A stretch of DNA of 64,000 nucleotides. Origin: the human T2T-CHM13v2.0 reference genome, Homo sapiens. Under the pieces are notes generated by a model. The model saw nothing but the letters and a program-made list of their open reading frames with translations, did no database searches and was not told where the DNA came from. The translations under genes were made by a program, and so were the position numbers. Positions 1-11,220 of the stretch are shown here, piece after piece. How positions within the stretch are numbered: position 1 is the first letter of the stretch; each line of letters opens with the position of its first letter. Location of the stretch: the NCBI RefSeq assembly GCF_009914755.1, contig NC_060925.1; one strand, given 5' to 3'.

Positions 1-296
1 TTCTCTGACCGCCCCCAGCTGAACTTCCCTCAGCATTCAGACATCCCTCCTCTTCTCTCTTTCTCTGCCACGTTGTTCCGCTGCCACTGGTCTGCTGGTC
101 CTGACGTTCAGCTGCTTGTGTCTCGGGTTTATATAGGGGCAGGATGGGGGACATGATGGGCCAAAAGGCAACTTTTTGGGCCTGAAAACAGAAATGCCTG
201 TCCTCACTTAGGGTCGCAGGTCTTCAGGCTTGAGGATAGGGCCTTTGCTGGGGAACTACCTTCTTCTACCCAGTATTTCCGTCTCCTGTCCGTATA
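1..296 (-). mobile_element. ERV1 LTR 5' portion (LTR1/LTR27/LTR28/MER52 group), runs off window start
   Basis: Reverse strand reads ..ATACGGACAGGAGACGGAAATACTGGGTAGAAGAAGGTAGTTCCCCAGCAAAGGCCC.., matching the recalled 5' end of this LTR group. Confidence 0.7.
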
Positions 297-830
297 AGTA
301 TGATAATATAATTTTTACTTTAAGTGGAAATTTCTGTTTCATAAAAGGATACCTATGAGCCATGGAATGGGTATTTTGGCCATTGAGCATTTCTTACAGA
401 ATACTGGAACTTCTTTTGAACTACATGCATCCACAACTTTGTAAACCAGTGAACTGAAGAAATGTACAAAGTCCTCTGATGCTGCCTCAAGAAAAATAAT
501 CTTTCTCAAAGTTCCATCTTAATTTTGTTTTTGACTCAAAAACTTATCTAAGAGAGCTGGCTACATGTATCATTTTATTATGACTAGAAATTTTGCTTGC
601 AATTTCTGGGCATCAATCTTTTGAAAATTTACTGCCACATGTCCCAAGTATATCTCTCTCTTCAACTGGTCATAGAAGAGAATCCTCCTTTCCTCTGGAA
701 TTTGCAGGTGTACTGGAGATTTAGGTGTCACCAGCATCTCAACAAAGAGGATAAACACTTGACCCCAACCCCGAATTATTCTTAAGTAAAAATGGTTTTA
801 GTGTCATACTAATCTAACAATGTGGACCCC

Positions 831-1196
831 TAGTCCAAATGTGTATTGTTTATGGAACAGAACCACCTGTTTACTTTCTCATCACAGTGAATCCCTACAT
901 AGATCCACTGGAAGTGACACCAAGAAAAATTAGTTTTTTCCATTTCTCCCTTGAGAATAGTCCAGAACCTGGATGACTAGGTAGTTTTGGGTAGTAATTT
1001 TGTTATTTTTGCTTAGTCCAAATGTGTATTGTTTATGGAACAGAACCACCTGTTTACTTTCTCATCACAGTGAATCCCTACATAGATCCACTGGAAGTGA
1101 CACCAAGAAAAATTAGTTTTTTCCATTTCTCCCTTGAGAATAGTCCAGAACCTGGATGACTAGGTAGTTTTGGGTAGTAATTTTGTTATTTTTGCT
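831..1196. repeat. Perfect 183-bp tandem duplication (831-1013 and 1014-1196)
   Basis: Both units read tagtccaaatgtg...ttatttttgct; no mismatch seen; TA microhomology at the junction. Confidence 0.97.
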
Positions 1197-1689
1197 TACC
1201 TAAACTGTGTTACTAAACAATTAATAAATAGTAAGTATTTGCTCTTGGAAAGTACTGTACCAGGAACAAAGACAAAGACAATTCTATGTCAATCAGGTTG
1301 TTTTAAGATCATCCTGTTCTTAAGGAACTACTTACAATCTATTAGTGGAAGAGAAGGGTCATTTGAAACAGTACAGATATCACAAGCATTGACAAAGCAC
1401 ATATGTGAACACTAAAAAGAGCCACAGAAATGTAAGGTTTAAGACAGCACATGATGAATTGCAAAGTTATGCCTTAAAGGAAGGGTGGGATGGGGGCAAG
1501 ATGGGAAGGATATTCCCATGTGGCCATTGGTGAGGAGACAGACAAGCACAGTGGGAATGTGCTTAACAAAGTGGTGAGTTTGCTTTGTTTGATGTAAAGC
1601 ACAGGCCTTATCCAGACAGATTCCCTCAAAATACTAATCCATCAGCTCCGGTCCTTCACATGCAGATTTAGCTCTATTTACTCTTCCTA

Positions 1690-2095
1690 CATTTCCCTTA
1701 TCTTTCCCCTATATTCCCACCTGGCTAATGCTTTCTCATCTCCAGATTCCATCTTAGATCTTACCTCCTTTTGCCAATATCCCTCTAACCACTAATATAT
1801 AGTGATTCTCTTGAACCATTAACCAACACTCATTTCCTTTACATTTCAAATGTCCTTCCTCCGCAACTAGATTATAAATTCTAACATTAGGCTGTGTTTT
1901 CCCAGAGTTCCAAATATACCTGTATTTGTAATGTAATTGGTCCTTTACTCACCTATGTCCCCGCAAAGACTCTAAGCAGCCTAAGGGTAGGGACCAAGTA
2001 TGTTTTTTGGTTGTTTTTGACCCTAGCCCAAGAACAGTACTTGAGTCCCAGCTCAATCACTTGCTGTTGAGCCAACTAAACAATGAATGAACAAT
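1690..2095 (+). mobile_element. L2 3'-end fragments
   Basis: gactctaagcagcctaagggtagggacc...ctcaatcacttgctgttg...aatgaatgaa resembles the L2 3' terminus. Confidence 0.55.
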
Positions 2096-4339
2096 TGAAC
2101 AGACTCATCCAGCTTAAGGTGTGAGTGTTGCTAGCAGAAAGGGAATAAAGAGTCTTTACCTCTTTGGATACTTTAAAAGAAATACTGGGGACCAGAGATT
2201 ATAGAAGTGAGATTGGAGAAGAGGGGAAAAAAACAATTAGAAGGTAAGAGCATGAAGATAAGGAAGAAGGAAGACTTGTGTGCTACAACCTGGTTTCCAG
2301 TCACTTGCTTTCTTAATAGTCTCATTCAGTTGATAGCTCATTTTATATCAGGCATCTCTCATCAGTTACTTGGATACTGATAGGGATGTAAACTGTATTT
2401 AATGTCTAATACTCAAAGCATATTTATACATCGCTAATTCTTGTAGCTGAATTTCCTTCCCTCCTTCACTTTTATTCATTGATTCTCATTCACTAGTTAA
2501 CTCATTAAACAAATATTTGGGGACTTACTCTATGCAAGGCTCATAGAAACTTTAGTAACTGGATATATCTTGTGAAACTAAGTAATCCCAATTTAGATGT
2601 TTAAATTTTCTCTCTTTGCAAATTAAGCCTGTGTAATTGATTTCATCCCTTACATTGACTTAGCAGGGTCTAAGGATTTTGACAGAAGGCTTGGCTGCTG
2701 TGAATATTTTAGTAATAGTAATTTCAGAAAGGCTCTTTAAAGTTTTCAATATTAGGTTACAGGGGGATTTTTACAAATCTTGATCAAATTCCTCCCCTCC
2801 CCCACCTCTTTGGCTATTACCAGGGAGTAAATGGCTGAGAACCCAAAGTACCAAAAGTAGCTTTCATATTGCGCTAATCACTAACAATTTTTTGAACAGG
2901 ATGAGTAAACACAAGGTGGAAAAGGAAACTTTTTCTTATGCTTGTCATTTTTTGGTTCTATATTAGAGACAAAGATTTTTATTCTTAAATCCAGGCTATT
3001 TTGGATGCTTTCCTTGGCATTATACAGTGAGTATATGGGGGCTGCCACCAAACCCTGTTGTGTTCTGATTTGGTGATGTGTGAAAGGCTGCACATCAATA
3101 TCCAAATAAATGACTAGAATGATTTCAGAGTTTTCTCTTTGCGGGGTTCACTGGTATTCTTCAGTAAAAGATACTAAATATTATGATAGTAACATGTTAC
3201 TATCATATGTTACTATAACAGTTCCCAGACCCTTGCTTTGGGAACTGGGGTATTAGCTGGGACCTAAGTGCCCACTGGTAAAATCCAGTTAATGACTTTG
3301 GATGATGGGCAGTGTTTCAAATTACCAGACAAACCAAATCAGCATAACTCAAAATAGTAGGTTACCTGTTAAGTTCAAGCACAAGGATGGAAAGGAACCT
3401 TGAGAGAGATGTTTAAGATGATTAAGTCATGCTTCATGTACTTTCCGTGGTCCTTCCTGGCCCAGCCTGGAGCATTTCCTCACATTATTTTCTGGTTAAT
3501 TATGCTGTCTGTAGATCTCAGTTTATGAGCAACTTCTGCTGAGAAGTCTTCCCTTGCTGTCTTCTAGCGTGTCCACTGTCTATTGTAACACAAATGGCAT
3601 TGTGTCGCTCCCTCTAGATCTCCTCACTTTCTTCTTTCCTTCCTTCTCTCCCCTCACCCCCTCTTCTTCCTTCTTTTCTCCTTCTCTTTTATAGACTCTT
3701 TCATTGCCGTTGAGAATCTATTAGTCTGGTTGTAGTCAGGGGGATACTGGTGACAGCAGTCATACCAACTGATTTTGCCTCCTCCTTCTAGAGGTTAACT
3801 CAGGTTCCACAGGTCTTCTTTGCCATGATAGCTGGAATATGTTAGTACATGATTCTCCTGCCATTTAAGTAAAGCTAAGCAAAGAAGTTTTAAGAATATA
3901 CAGATTTAATAGTCAATAAAACATATAAATCTCTCTAGATAGAATAATGGAAATACGTTAATCTCCTTTTCTTCTTTTTCACTCCTGTTGGAACTGACAT
4001 CTAACTGCCAAGTAAAATCACTTTTTATCATGTTCTCATTTTGTTTGACCACATGGTGGTGGTCCCTTGGTCTCAATTTGACCTTCCTATCTAATCTGCT
4101 TCCCTGTTCCTCTTACTACCTTTGAAAGCCCTTTTAAAATGTGTTTTCTTCCTTGCCTCTCTTCTGTCTACCCTTTGAATGATATATCAGTTAGGATTGT
4201 GTCTAGCACAATACCTACTTAATAGGAAACCTTACACCAGTGCTTAATTGGTATATATTTGCATCAGGTGATCAGAAGTCCTGGTGTAATTATTTTCCAC
4301 CTATCAAGGGTAGGAATGATTTGAAGCAAGAAGCAGGTG

Positions 4340-4440
4340 AGTAGTTGCAGAAAAAGTTCTGTCTTGGCCATGTCAAATTTGAGAATCCTGTTAGATATTT
4401 CAAGGAAGCATTTAGATATATGAATTTGGAGCTCGGAGGG
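4340..4440 (-). mobile_element. L2 internal fragment
   Basis: ttggccatgtcaaatttgagaatcctgttagatat...tagatatatgaatttggagctc is a typical antisense L2 segment. Confidence 0.6.
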
Positions 4441-4449
4441 ATATACTCT

Positions 4450-4535
4450 ACAGACTGTGAGCAACTCTTTATATCCCTGGGCCTATCACCCAGCCTGATA
4501 CAGCATAGGCACTCGATATGTATTTGATGAATGAA
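4450..4535 (+). mobile_element. L2 3' end
   Basis: gactgtgagc...tatccctgggcctatcacccagcctgatacagcataggcactcgatatgtatttgatgaatgaa. Confidence 0.65.
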
Positions 4536-4645
4536 TTTATTCAACTAATATTTATGGAGTTCTTACCTTGTGCCAGGTACTGTTCCAGGAGCTAGGGATG
4601 CAGCAGTGAACAAAACAGCAAAAATTCCTACCTTTCTGGAACTTA
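4536..4645 (-). mobile_element. L2 3' end, tail-to-tail with the previous copy
   Basis: ttattcaactaatatttatggagttcttaccttgtgccaggtactgttccaggagctagggatgcagcagtgaacaaaacag. Confidence 0.75.
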
Positions 4646-4849
4646 AAATGAATGGATAAATGAAAAGTGTACCCAAAACTGGATATTCAGTAAAAGTGTT
4701 ATTTTCTCTGTCTTAAAAAGTCTTCGATAATATTAATTAAAAATGGAATTCCCCAGTTGGCTTTATTATAAGATTAGCATCTACAGAGAAAGAGCACTTC
4801 ATTATAACTCATTTTACTTCCTTTTTCCTTTTTCTAAACACATTTAAAA

Positions 4850-4981
4850 ATTTTATTTTTTATTACAGACAAGGTCTTGCTATGCTGCTCAGGCTGGTCT
4901 CACACTCCTGGGCGTAGGTGATCCTCTCACCTCAGCCTTCCAAAGTGTTGGGATTAGAGGTGTGAGCCACCACACCTGGCC
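4850..4981 (-). mobile_element. Alu left monomer (FLAM-like)
   Basis: T-tract then agacaaggtcttgctatg...ccaaagtgttgggattagaggtgtgagccaccacacctggcc; single arm only. Confidence 0.85.
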
Positions 4982-6607
4982 CCTCTTTCCTTTTTTAAGT
5001 TTATTTTTGTTACCTTTATGTGCCTGAGAACTATGTGTCGGTTGGAGGCACAGTAATTGTGGTAGACGGGTACTATTTACGGTTGCTTTGGAGTTGATTT
5101 CTAATTTTTCCTTGAAAAATGTTGTTAACAGGCACACTGTTTTCTCCAGCCAGTGTGAAATGGCTCAGTGCCACAGGGAGAAGGTGCAAAATGTCACTTC
5201 TGAGGCTTGTCATAAAATTTCTTGATAGATTCTTCAGGTGAAGCAAGAGGCCTTTCTCGCTGCTCTAACACTCTGCGCTGCCAAGGCTGAGAAGCTGAAA
5301 GGAAAATTCATATGCTTTGCTGGTTGGTGCCTGTGGTCTCACTACTGTACTAAATATAGTTCCAAACAAGTTTAGTGTTAGTTAATATTCAGTAAATGAA
5401 ATTAGCATCTTCTGAGTTTTCAGGGAGTTTGTAACTTAGAACAACCTGGAGTGACTCTTTTTGCCCAGGAAGGTATCTATCAAATAATACAAATAAGTTT
5501 CCATGAATCATTGTTATATATTAAATATTAATCTTAACTCCCAGAACAGTGTTTGCACTAAGCCCTATGTTGGTTTTTGTTTTGTTTTGTTTTTGGACCC
5601 GGGTTCCCAGTGATAATGAAGCCCACTAGTAGGTTAGTCATCTTTTGCCCCACCAACAATGTAGACATTTCTTGGTTCATTTTCAATTGAGATTTTCCTT
5701 TTTGATTGCCTTAGTCTAGGAAAAGACAGCTGTTCTAAATGAGATTAGCCCCCACCACTGCCGAGTTCACCAGAATTCAAAAAGGCGAATACTTAGAATT
5801 AAATTTTAAAAGGCCTGAACTTAAAAAAAAGGGGAGTTAATGTTTACTTTTTACATCTTTACATTGGAAAAAGATGTGTTCCCTAATGTATAATAAATGA
5901 CTGTAAGGGAATTTATAGATTCTGACTTGGGAAAGCTTTAGGACAACTTTCGCAAATGTGTGTTTTATGATTTAATACATACTCTATGCTTTTTTTTTCC
6001 CTGCCCAGTGAATCCCCATTGGAATCTTTTGAGCCCCTCTACAAAAGCCTCCATAAATTAAGACTAGGAAGCTGGTTAACAGACATCATAATATGCAAAG
6101 AATTTTGCTGATGCAGCGAGCATGCCTTTCCATCTTCCAGACCACCACACGGCACCCGGCACCAGGGATGGGAAAGATGAGCTTTCCACGGGGGTTTGCT
6201 TAGGGAGGACATTGTTGTCCATGCTGAAGATTTTGACTCGTTTCCCATAGTTGATAGCAAATCTTTGAAAGATTTCTGGCAATAGAGGAAGAGAATCAGA
6301 TTTGTCTTTTAGAAATATGACTGGAGGTTTTGGGGAGGATGATTGTGGATGGGCATGAATCTAGGAGCAGGTGAATAGTTGGGAAGCTATGGTAGAAGTG
6401 AATATTTCCCACTCCCATCCCAGCTGCCATAGCTGTTGGTGCTTTTATGTAAGGCTCCCTAGGGAGGGTGTCGAGGGGTGTGGCCTGATCCCATGGGGTT
6501 GAGTGTTCCCTGGGGTCAGCTGGCTCTTCTCTAGGGATGAAAATTAAATTGGGAATTTGTCTTCCTATTTTAAGATTAAGTCTAATTTCGCGAAGAAAGT
6601 TAGGCTG

Positions 6608-6908
6608 TGATATGGTTAGGCTTTGTGTCTCCACCCAAATCTCATCTTGAATTATAATCCCCACAATCCCCACGTATCACAGGAGAGACCAGGTGGAAAT
6701 AATTGAATCATGGGGGCAGTTTTCCTATTCTCGTGACAGTGAGTGAGTTCTTACAGGATCTGACGGTTTTATAAGTGTTGGTAGTTCCTCCTATGTTCAT
6801 TCTCCTTCCTGCCGCCATACTGAACAGTGAGTCAATTAAACCTCTTTCCTTTATAAACTACCCAGACTCCAGCAGTTCTTTATAGCAGTAAGAAATCGGA
6901 CTACTATA
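6608..6908 (+). mobile_element. THE1 (THE1D-like) MaLR solo LTR with internal deletion
   Basis: TGATATGGTTAGGCTTTGTGTCTCCACCCAAATCTCATC start, attaaacctctttcctttataa near end, 5-bp TSD GGCTG at 6603-6607 and 6909-6913. Confidence 0.9.
6700..6710 (+). promoter_or_regulatory. DUX4 consensus site (TAAYBBAATCA) in THE1 LTR
   Basis: TAATTGAATCA is an exact match; function untested. Confidence 0.5.
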
Positions 6909-7267
6909 GGCTGCAAAGCTAGAAAACTAAGTTTTACATGTACTCCATCACTTTAAAAAATAATTAAATACAATTTTATAGTATATAAGTTTTATACTAA
7001 TTTTTGCAACAATTAATAATTTTACTTATTTGATTCCTCCAGGAAATCCTCTCGTCAACCTACCCATCTCAACCTGTTTTTCTCTCCCCACAATGTCTCT
7101 AGTTTGGATGCTCTCAAGTCATCTGGCTTTATTTGACCATTCTTTAAAAAATGGCTTGAACTCTCATTTCTCACACTGAAAAAAACCCAGACCTGTTTCT
7201 ATCTCTGACGGAATAGGGGGTGAGTGTGTCAGTGAGTCTACCTTGCAGCCAATAGTCTACATTAATG

Positions 7268-7548
7268 ATGTGGTTCAGAGCCCAGACACTGGAGCCAGAT
7301 TGTCTGTGATTAAATCCTGATTCTACCACTTCCTGTGTGACTCCAGTCAGGTTATTTAACCTCTCTGTTCTTCTGTTTTCTCATCTGAAAAATAGAATAA
7401 TTACTGTGTCTGCCTCTTAGGCTTGTTTCAAGGATTAAATGAGTCAAAACCTTAAGAGATTGTTAGGAGAATTGAATAAGTTAATATATATAAAATACTT
7501 AGCAGTGCCTGCCACATAATGAACATTATACAGGTGTTTATTACCATT
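7268..7548 (+). mobile_element. MIR
   Basis: gtggttcagagcccagacactggagccaga...ggttatttaacctctctg...ttttctcatctgaaaaatag MIR core. Confidence 0.85.
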
Positions 7549-7709
7549 CTTTCCATAGCTCATTTTTCCATTGTTTGCTGGCTCCTCCCTCCTGCAGCAT
7601 AATCTGCTGTTGCTGCCACACCTTTTCTGCAGTTTTGCCTCATGGCAGAAACCAGCCTTCTTTCTTCATTCTCTTTTAGGTACTGCACATACAAGGCTAT
7701 TGTGAGTAA

Positions 7710-7942
7710 CAATAATAGTTAACAATAATAGCTAACGTTGACTACCAGTGTTGACCTTGTACTAAGCACGTCGTAAGGATGTATTTTACATCTATTGGCT
7801 CATTTAGTTCTCATACAAACTCTATGAGATAAACATAGTTCTTATCTCCATTCTACAGAAGAAGAAACTGAGGTACAAAGAGGTTAAATAACTTGCCAAA
7901 AGTTTCCCAACTAGTACATGAGATAAAGCCAGGTTTTAAACC
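7710..7942 (-). mobile_element. MIR
   Basis: ctccattctacagaagaagaaactgaggtacaaagaggttaaataacttgcc antisense MIR core. Confidence 0.85.
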
Positions 7943-8129
7943 ATCATTTACTTACCGTTTTCCTGGCATTTGTATGTACAGAGAAGTATCTATTTTTTTT
8001 TTCTGGTGAGTGATATCGTTATATTACTCTGCTCACTTGGTGGGTCACATTTTTTGTCAATGCTGAAGAGGATGGGGCACAGAAAGAGGGAGATGGAATC
8101 TTTGTATATCATGATGAGCAGAAAGAAAT

Positions 8130-8380
8130 GGCTTAAATATGCTGAACGCCAACTGTGTGCTTGGCATTGTGTGATGCCCTCCATTTATGTTCTCTTAGGG
8201 AATTCTCACAACCACACTCATTTATTATTATTGTTACTTTATAGGGGAGGAAACTGAATCTCAGGGAGGTAAGGACTTGCCTCTGGTTAAGATGCTCATG
8301 AGTTGTGAGGACAACCTAGAGTATGCACCTAGAGTATCACCCCTAGAGTTTGCATCTCTAGGGCATACTCTTTTCACCAT
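8130..8380 (-). mobile_element. MIR
   Basis: ctttataggggaggaaactgaatctcagggaggtaaggacttgcc. Confidence 0.7.
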
Positions 8381-8764
8381 ATCATCTTGTATCCCTCGAA
8401 GTTAACCCCAAAGCCTTTCTGTTTTCCATGAAAACTCCATGCCCTCAATTAGTTCAAATCAGTAACTTTTTCTTTTGGTAGTCCTTTCCCCACTCTTTTA
8501 ACCTCTCTGATTTATCTCTTCTTTAAAACTACTTTAACTGACATCCACAAGTATTAAAGTGTCTACAATGTTAAACTTAGGTGGAAGTCGCTACATAGAT
8601 TAAGGATGTTTATAGAAATTTTTGACTTTATTATTCGAAGGGCCATAAACATGAAGGTAGTAAGTGTCATTAAACTTTATTAATATCCATAACACTTGGT
8701 ATGATAATATTACAAGATGTTAAGGCACAGTCTCTGCCCTTGAGGTGGTCACCTTGGATAGGAG

Positions 8765-8766
<2 letters not shown>

Positions 8767-8804
<38 letters not shown>
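8767..8804. repeat. (GT)19 microsatellite
   Basis: Read directly. Confidence 0.97.
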
Positions 8805-8805
<1 letters not shown>

Positions 8806-9264
8806 TGTGTCTGTGTTGGGGGGTGGTACCATTTCTCAGGAAGTTCTCCATGAAGCATGACTATCAGGACCCTTTCTAAGTCAACTCAAAGCAACCACCT
8901 TGTTGAGCTGCTTTGTTTGCTGTTGCAGATTGTTTTGGAAATGTGTTTTAAGTATTTCTGTCAGACAATAAAGACAGTCTGTAGGCTTGAATTGTTTTTG
9001 CAAGGCTGATTAGCTTAACTGCCCAACAATTATTATATTCATGTTAATGTCATTGGTGTTGGGATGTTACTGGAGAACTCTGGATTGCCTGTCTTTAAGC
9101 CATGTACACTCCCCCATTGGGTTTTTAGAACTTGCTGGTTAGCAATGGTGAGTTTGCCAGAAGCTGATGAATTGTAGTCATTACTTTTACGTTAATGTGC
9201 TCTCAAGGTGACTTTCTTTAAGCATTTTGATTACTATGTGGAAAAAAAAGGAGTGTTGAGACAA

Positions 9265-9410
9265 ACTGCTGTGTAACAAATTACTACAAATTTATTGGCT
9301 TAAAACCACACCCATTGATTCCCTCATAGTCCTGGAGTTCAGAAGTCTGAGCTGACTTGACTAGGCTGTCTGCTCAGGGTCTCACAAGGCCAGAATCAAA
9401 GTGTCATGAG
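9265..9410 (-). mobile_element. MLT1 (MaLR) LTR fragment
   Basis: tgctgtgtaacaaattactacaaatttattggcttaaaac...tctcacaaggccagaatcaaagtgtca. Confidence 0.7.
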
Positions 9411-9999
9411 AGATATTGCACATGAGAACTGTTTTGTCCTCTCAGATGTAGATTATATGACTGTTTTAAGGAAAATCAATATCACATGACTTGATACTCA
9501 CAGCTGACCATTTAGCTGTAGAGGTTTAAGAGGATGAACATTTTGGTATTCCATCTAATTTGATGCAACTGAGTCTTGGTATTTATTCAGACAACATAAT
9601 TTCTTCTCTTAACCAGCAGACCATTTTTTTCCTCTGACATTTTAGACATAGAATGGATACATTTAAGTTTGGCTTCAAGCACTGTATTGAGAGTCAGCAT
9701 ATCCAAAATGGACTTTCAGCTCTGCAACTTGTGCAAATGATTTTTCTTTGCCTCCATTTTTTCCCATAAAGATATCAATACTATTTTTTACTCTTTAAGT
9801 GTATTTTATTTTGCAAAATGCATGTTCAGAAGACTAGCGGGTAGTCTATAGCTTCTTGATGTTACTGTCTTTCTTCCTAAGCCCATGTTCATTTTAGATC
9901 ATCACACTGGGAGAAGTATCCTCTTTGTCAGGTGGCTCTGCATGCACTATCCCTTCCTTCCATCAGTCCCTTGGTCACCTGGTGCAATAATGTCATGTA

Positions 10000-10220
10000 A
10001 CATTTGTATTGTACTTTACAATTTGTAAAGGGAACACAACCTATTCACTATCATATTTAATTATTTCCAAAATTCTGTGAGGTAGGCATTATTTGTATTT
10101 TACAAATGGGATGAATAAGATCCAGAAAATTAAGTGACTTGTTTAAGATCACATAAGAAACAGAGCCAGGCCTGGAACTCAAGTCTTCTGAGTTTCAATC
10201 CAGTGTTGTTTCTACTATAC
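10000..10220 (-). mobile_element. MIR (old subfamily)
   Basis: ctgtgaggtaggcatt...ttttacaaatggga...ttaagtgacttgtttaagatcaca...ggaactcaagtcttctgag. Confidence 0.7.
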
Positions 10221-10238
10221 CCCAGATAAGCAATAGGA

Positions 10239-10456
10239 CAAGCTTGTCCAGCCTGTGGCCCACGGGCCTCAGGCAGCCCAGGACAGCTTTCAATGAGGCC
10301 CAACACAAATTCGTAAACTTTCCTAAAACGTTTTGAGATTTTTGTTGCAATTTTTATTTTTTAGTTCATCAGCTATCATTAGTGTATTTTGTGTTTGGCC
10401 CAAGACAATTCTTCTTCTACTGTGGCCCAGGGAAGCCAAAAGATTGGACACCCCTG
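10239..10456 (-). mobile_element. MER30 hAT-Charlie MITE
   Basis: caagcttgtcca...ggcccagggaagccaaaagattggacacccctg; degenerate 8-bp TSD caatagga/caatagac. Confidence 0.9.
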
Positions 10457-11019
10457 CAATAGACAACAGGACTCACAGAAAGAGACAGCAGCACGTAAAA
10501 TAAATTTCAGGCTTGCGAAATGACTTCAGTTTTTGGTGATTCTCCTTTCTTGCATTTGTTTTGGCTCAATTTTTGACCCTTTTAATTTTTCTTCTTGTTT
10601 TCCTAGAATCCAAATTAGCATATTGGCTTTGTTCTCATGACTGTCAATATTTGTCCTGGGCCATGGCCAAGGAGGAAAGTGACAGAGGGCAGAGACTATC
10701 TAGTGTCAAAAGCAGTTGCAACAGTTCCACATTGGTCTCAGATGTTTGCAATTCTGTGTTTAGTGTTGTTGCTCACTAACAGCTGAAGTCTGAAAAGGGA
10801 AGGCATTTTATTGGAGGAATTTCTCAGGTATAGGCACTTCTCTAAGACCTATGCCTTTGAGATTCTGCAGACTCCCTTCACAATTAGCATAAAATTTATG
10901 CACAAAATTTTCCATACAAATTAAGGAATTTACTCATCCTTAGCACTGTCTCCAAGTCCCATACCAAATTCAATTATTCATGTATTCAATAATTCCAGAA
11001 ACAGTTAATTGAATAGCAA

Positions 11020-11220
11020 TGTACAATGGTGGATAAGAGGTAAGGCTCTGAAGCCAGCCTGCCTGAGTCGAAATCCAGGCCCTGCCTGGGAGACCTTGGC
11101 AAGTAAGGTCTCTCTGTGCTTCATCTATAAAATGGGGAAGATAATAGAGCCTACCTCACAGGGTTGTTATGAGGATTGATGGATTATTAAATGTGAAACA
11201 CTTGGAACAATGTCTGCCAC
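11020..11220 (+). mobile_element. MIR (its tail resumes near 12125-12165)
   Basis: ggctctgaagccagcctgcctgag...catctataaaatggggaagataatagagcctacctcacagggttgttatgaggatt. Confidence 0.85.

Noticed and set aside
831-1196. CRISPR-like array or LTR pair
   Set aside because: Only two abutting units with no spacer, TG..CA ends or TSD; this is a simple tandem duplication.
1483-1505. G-quadruplex motif GGGTGGGATGGGGGCAAGATGGG
   Set aside because: A single isolated motif at expected background frequency, with no promoter context.
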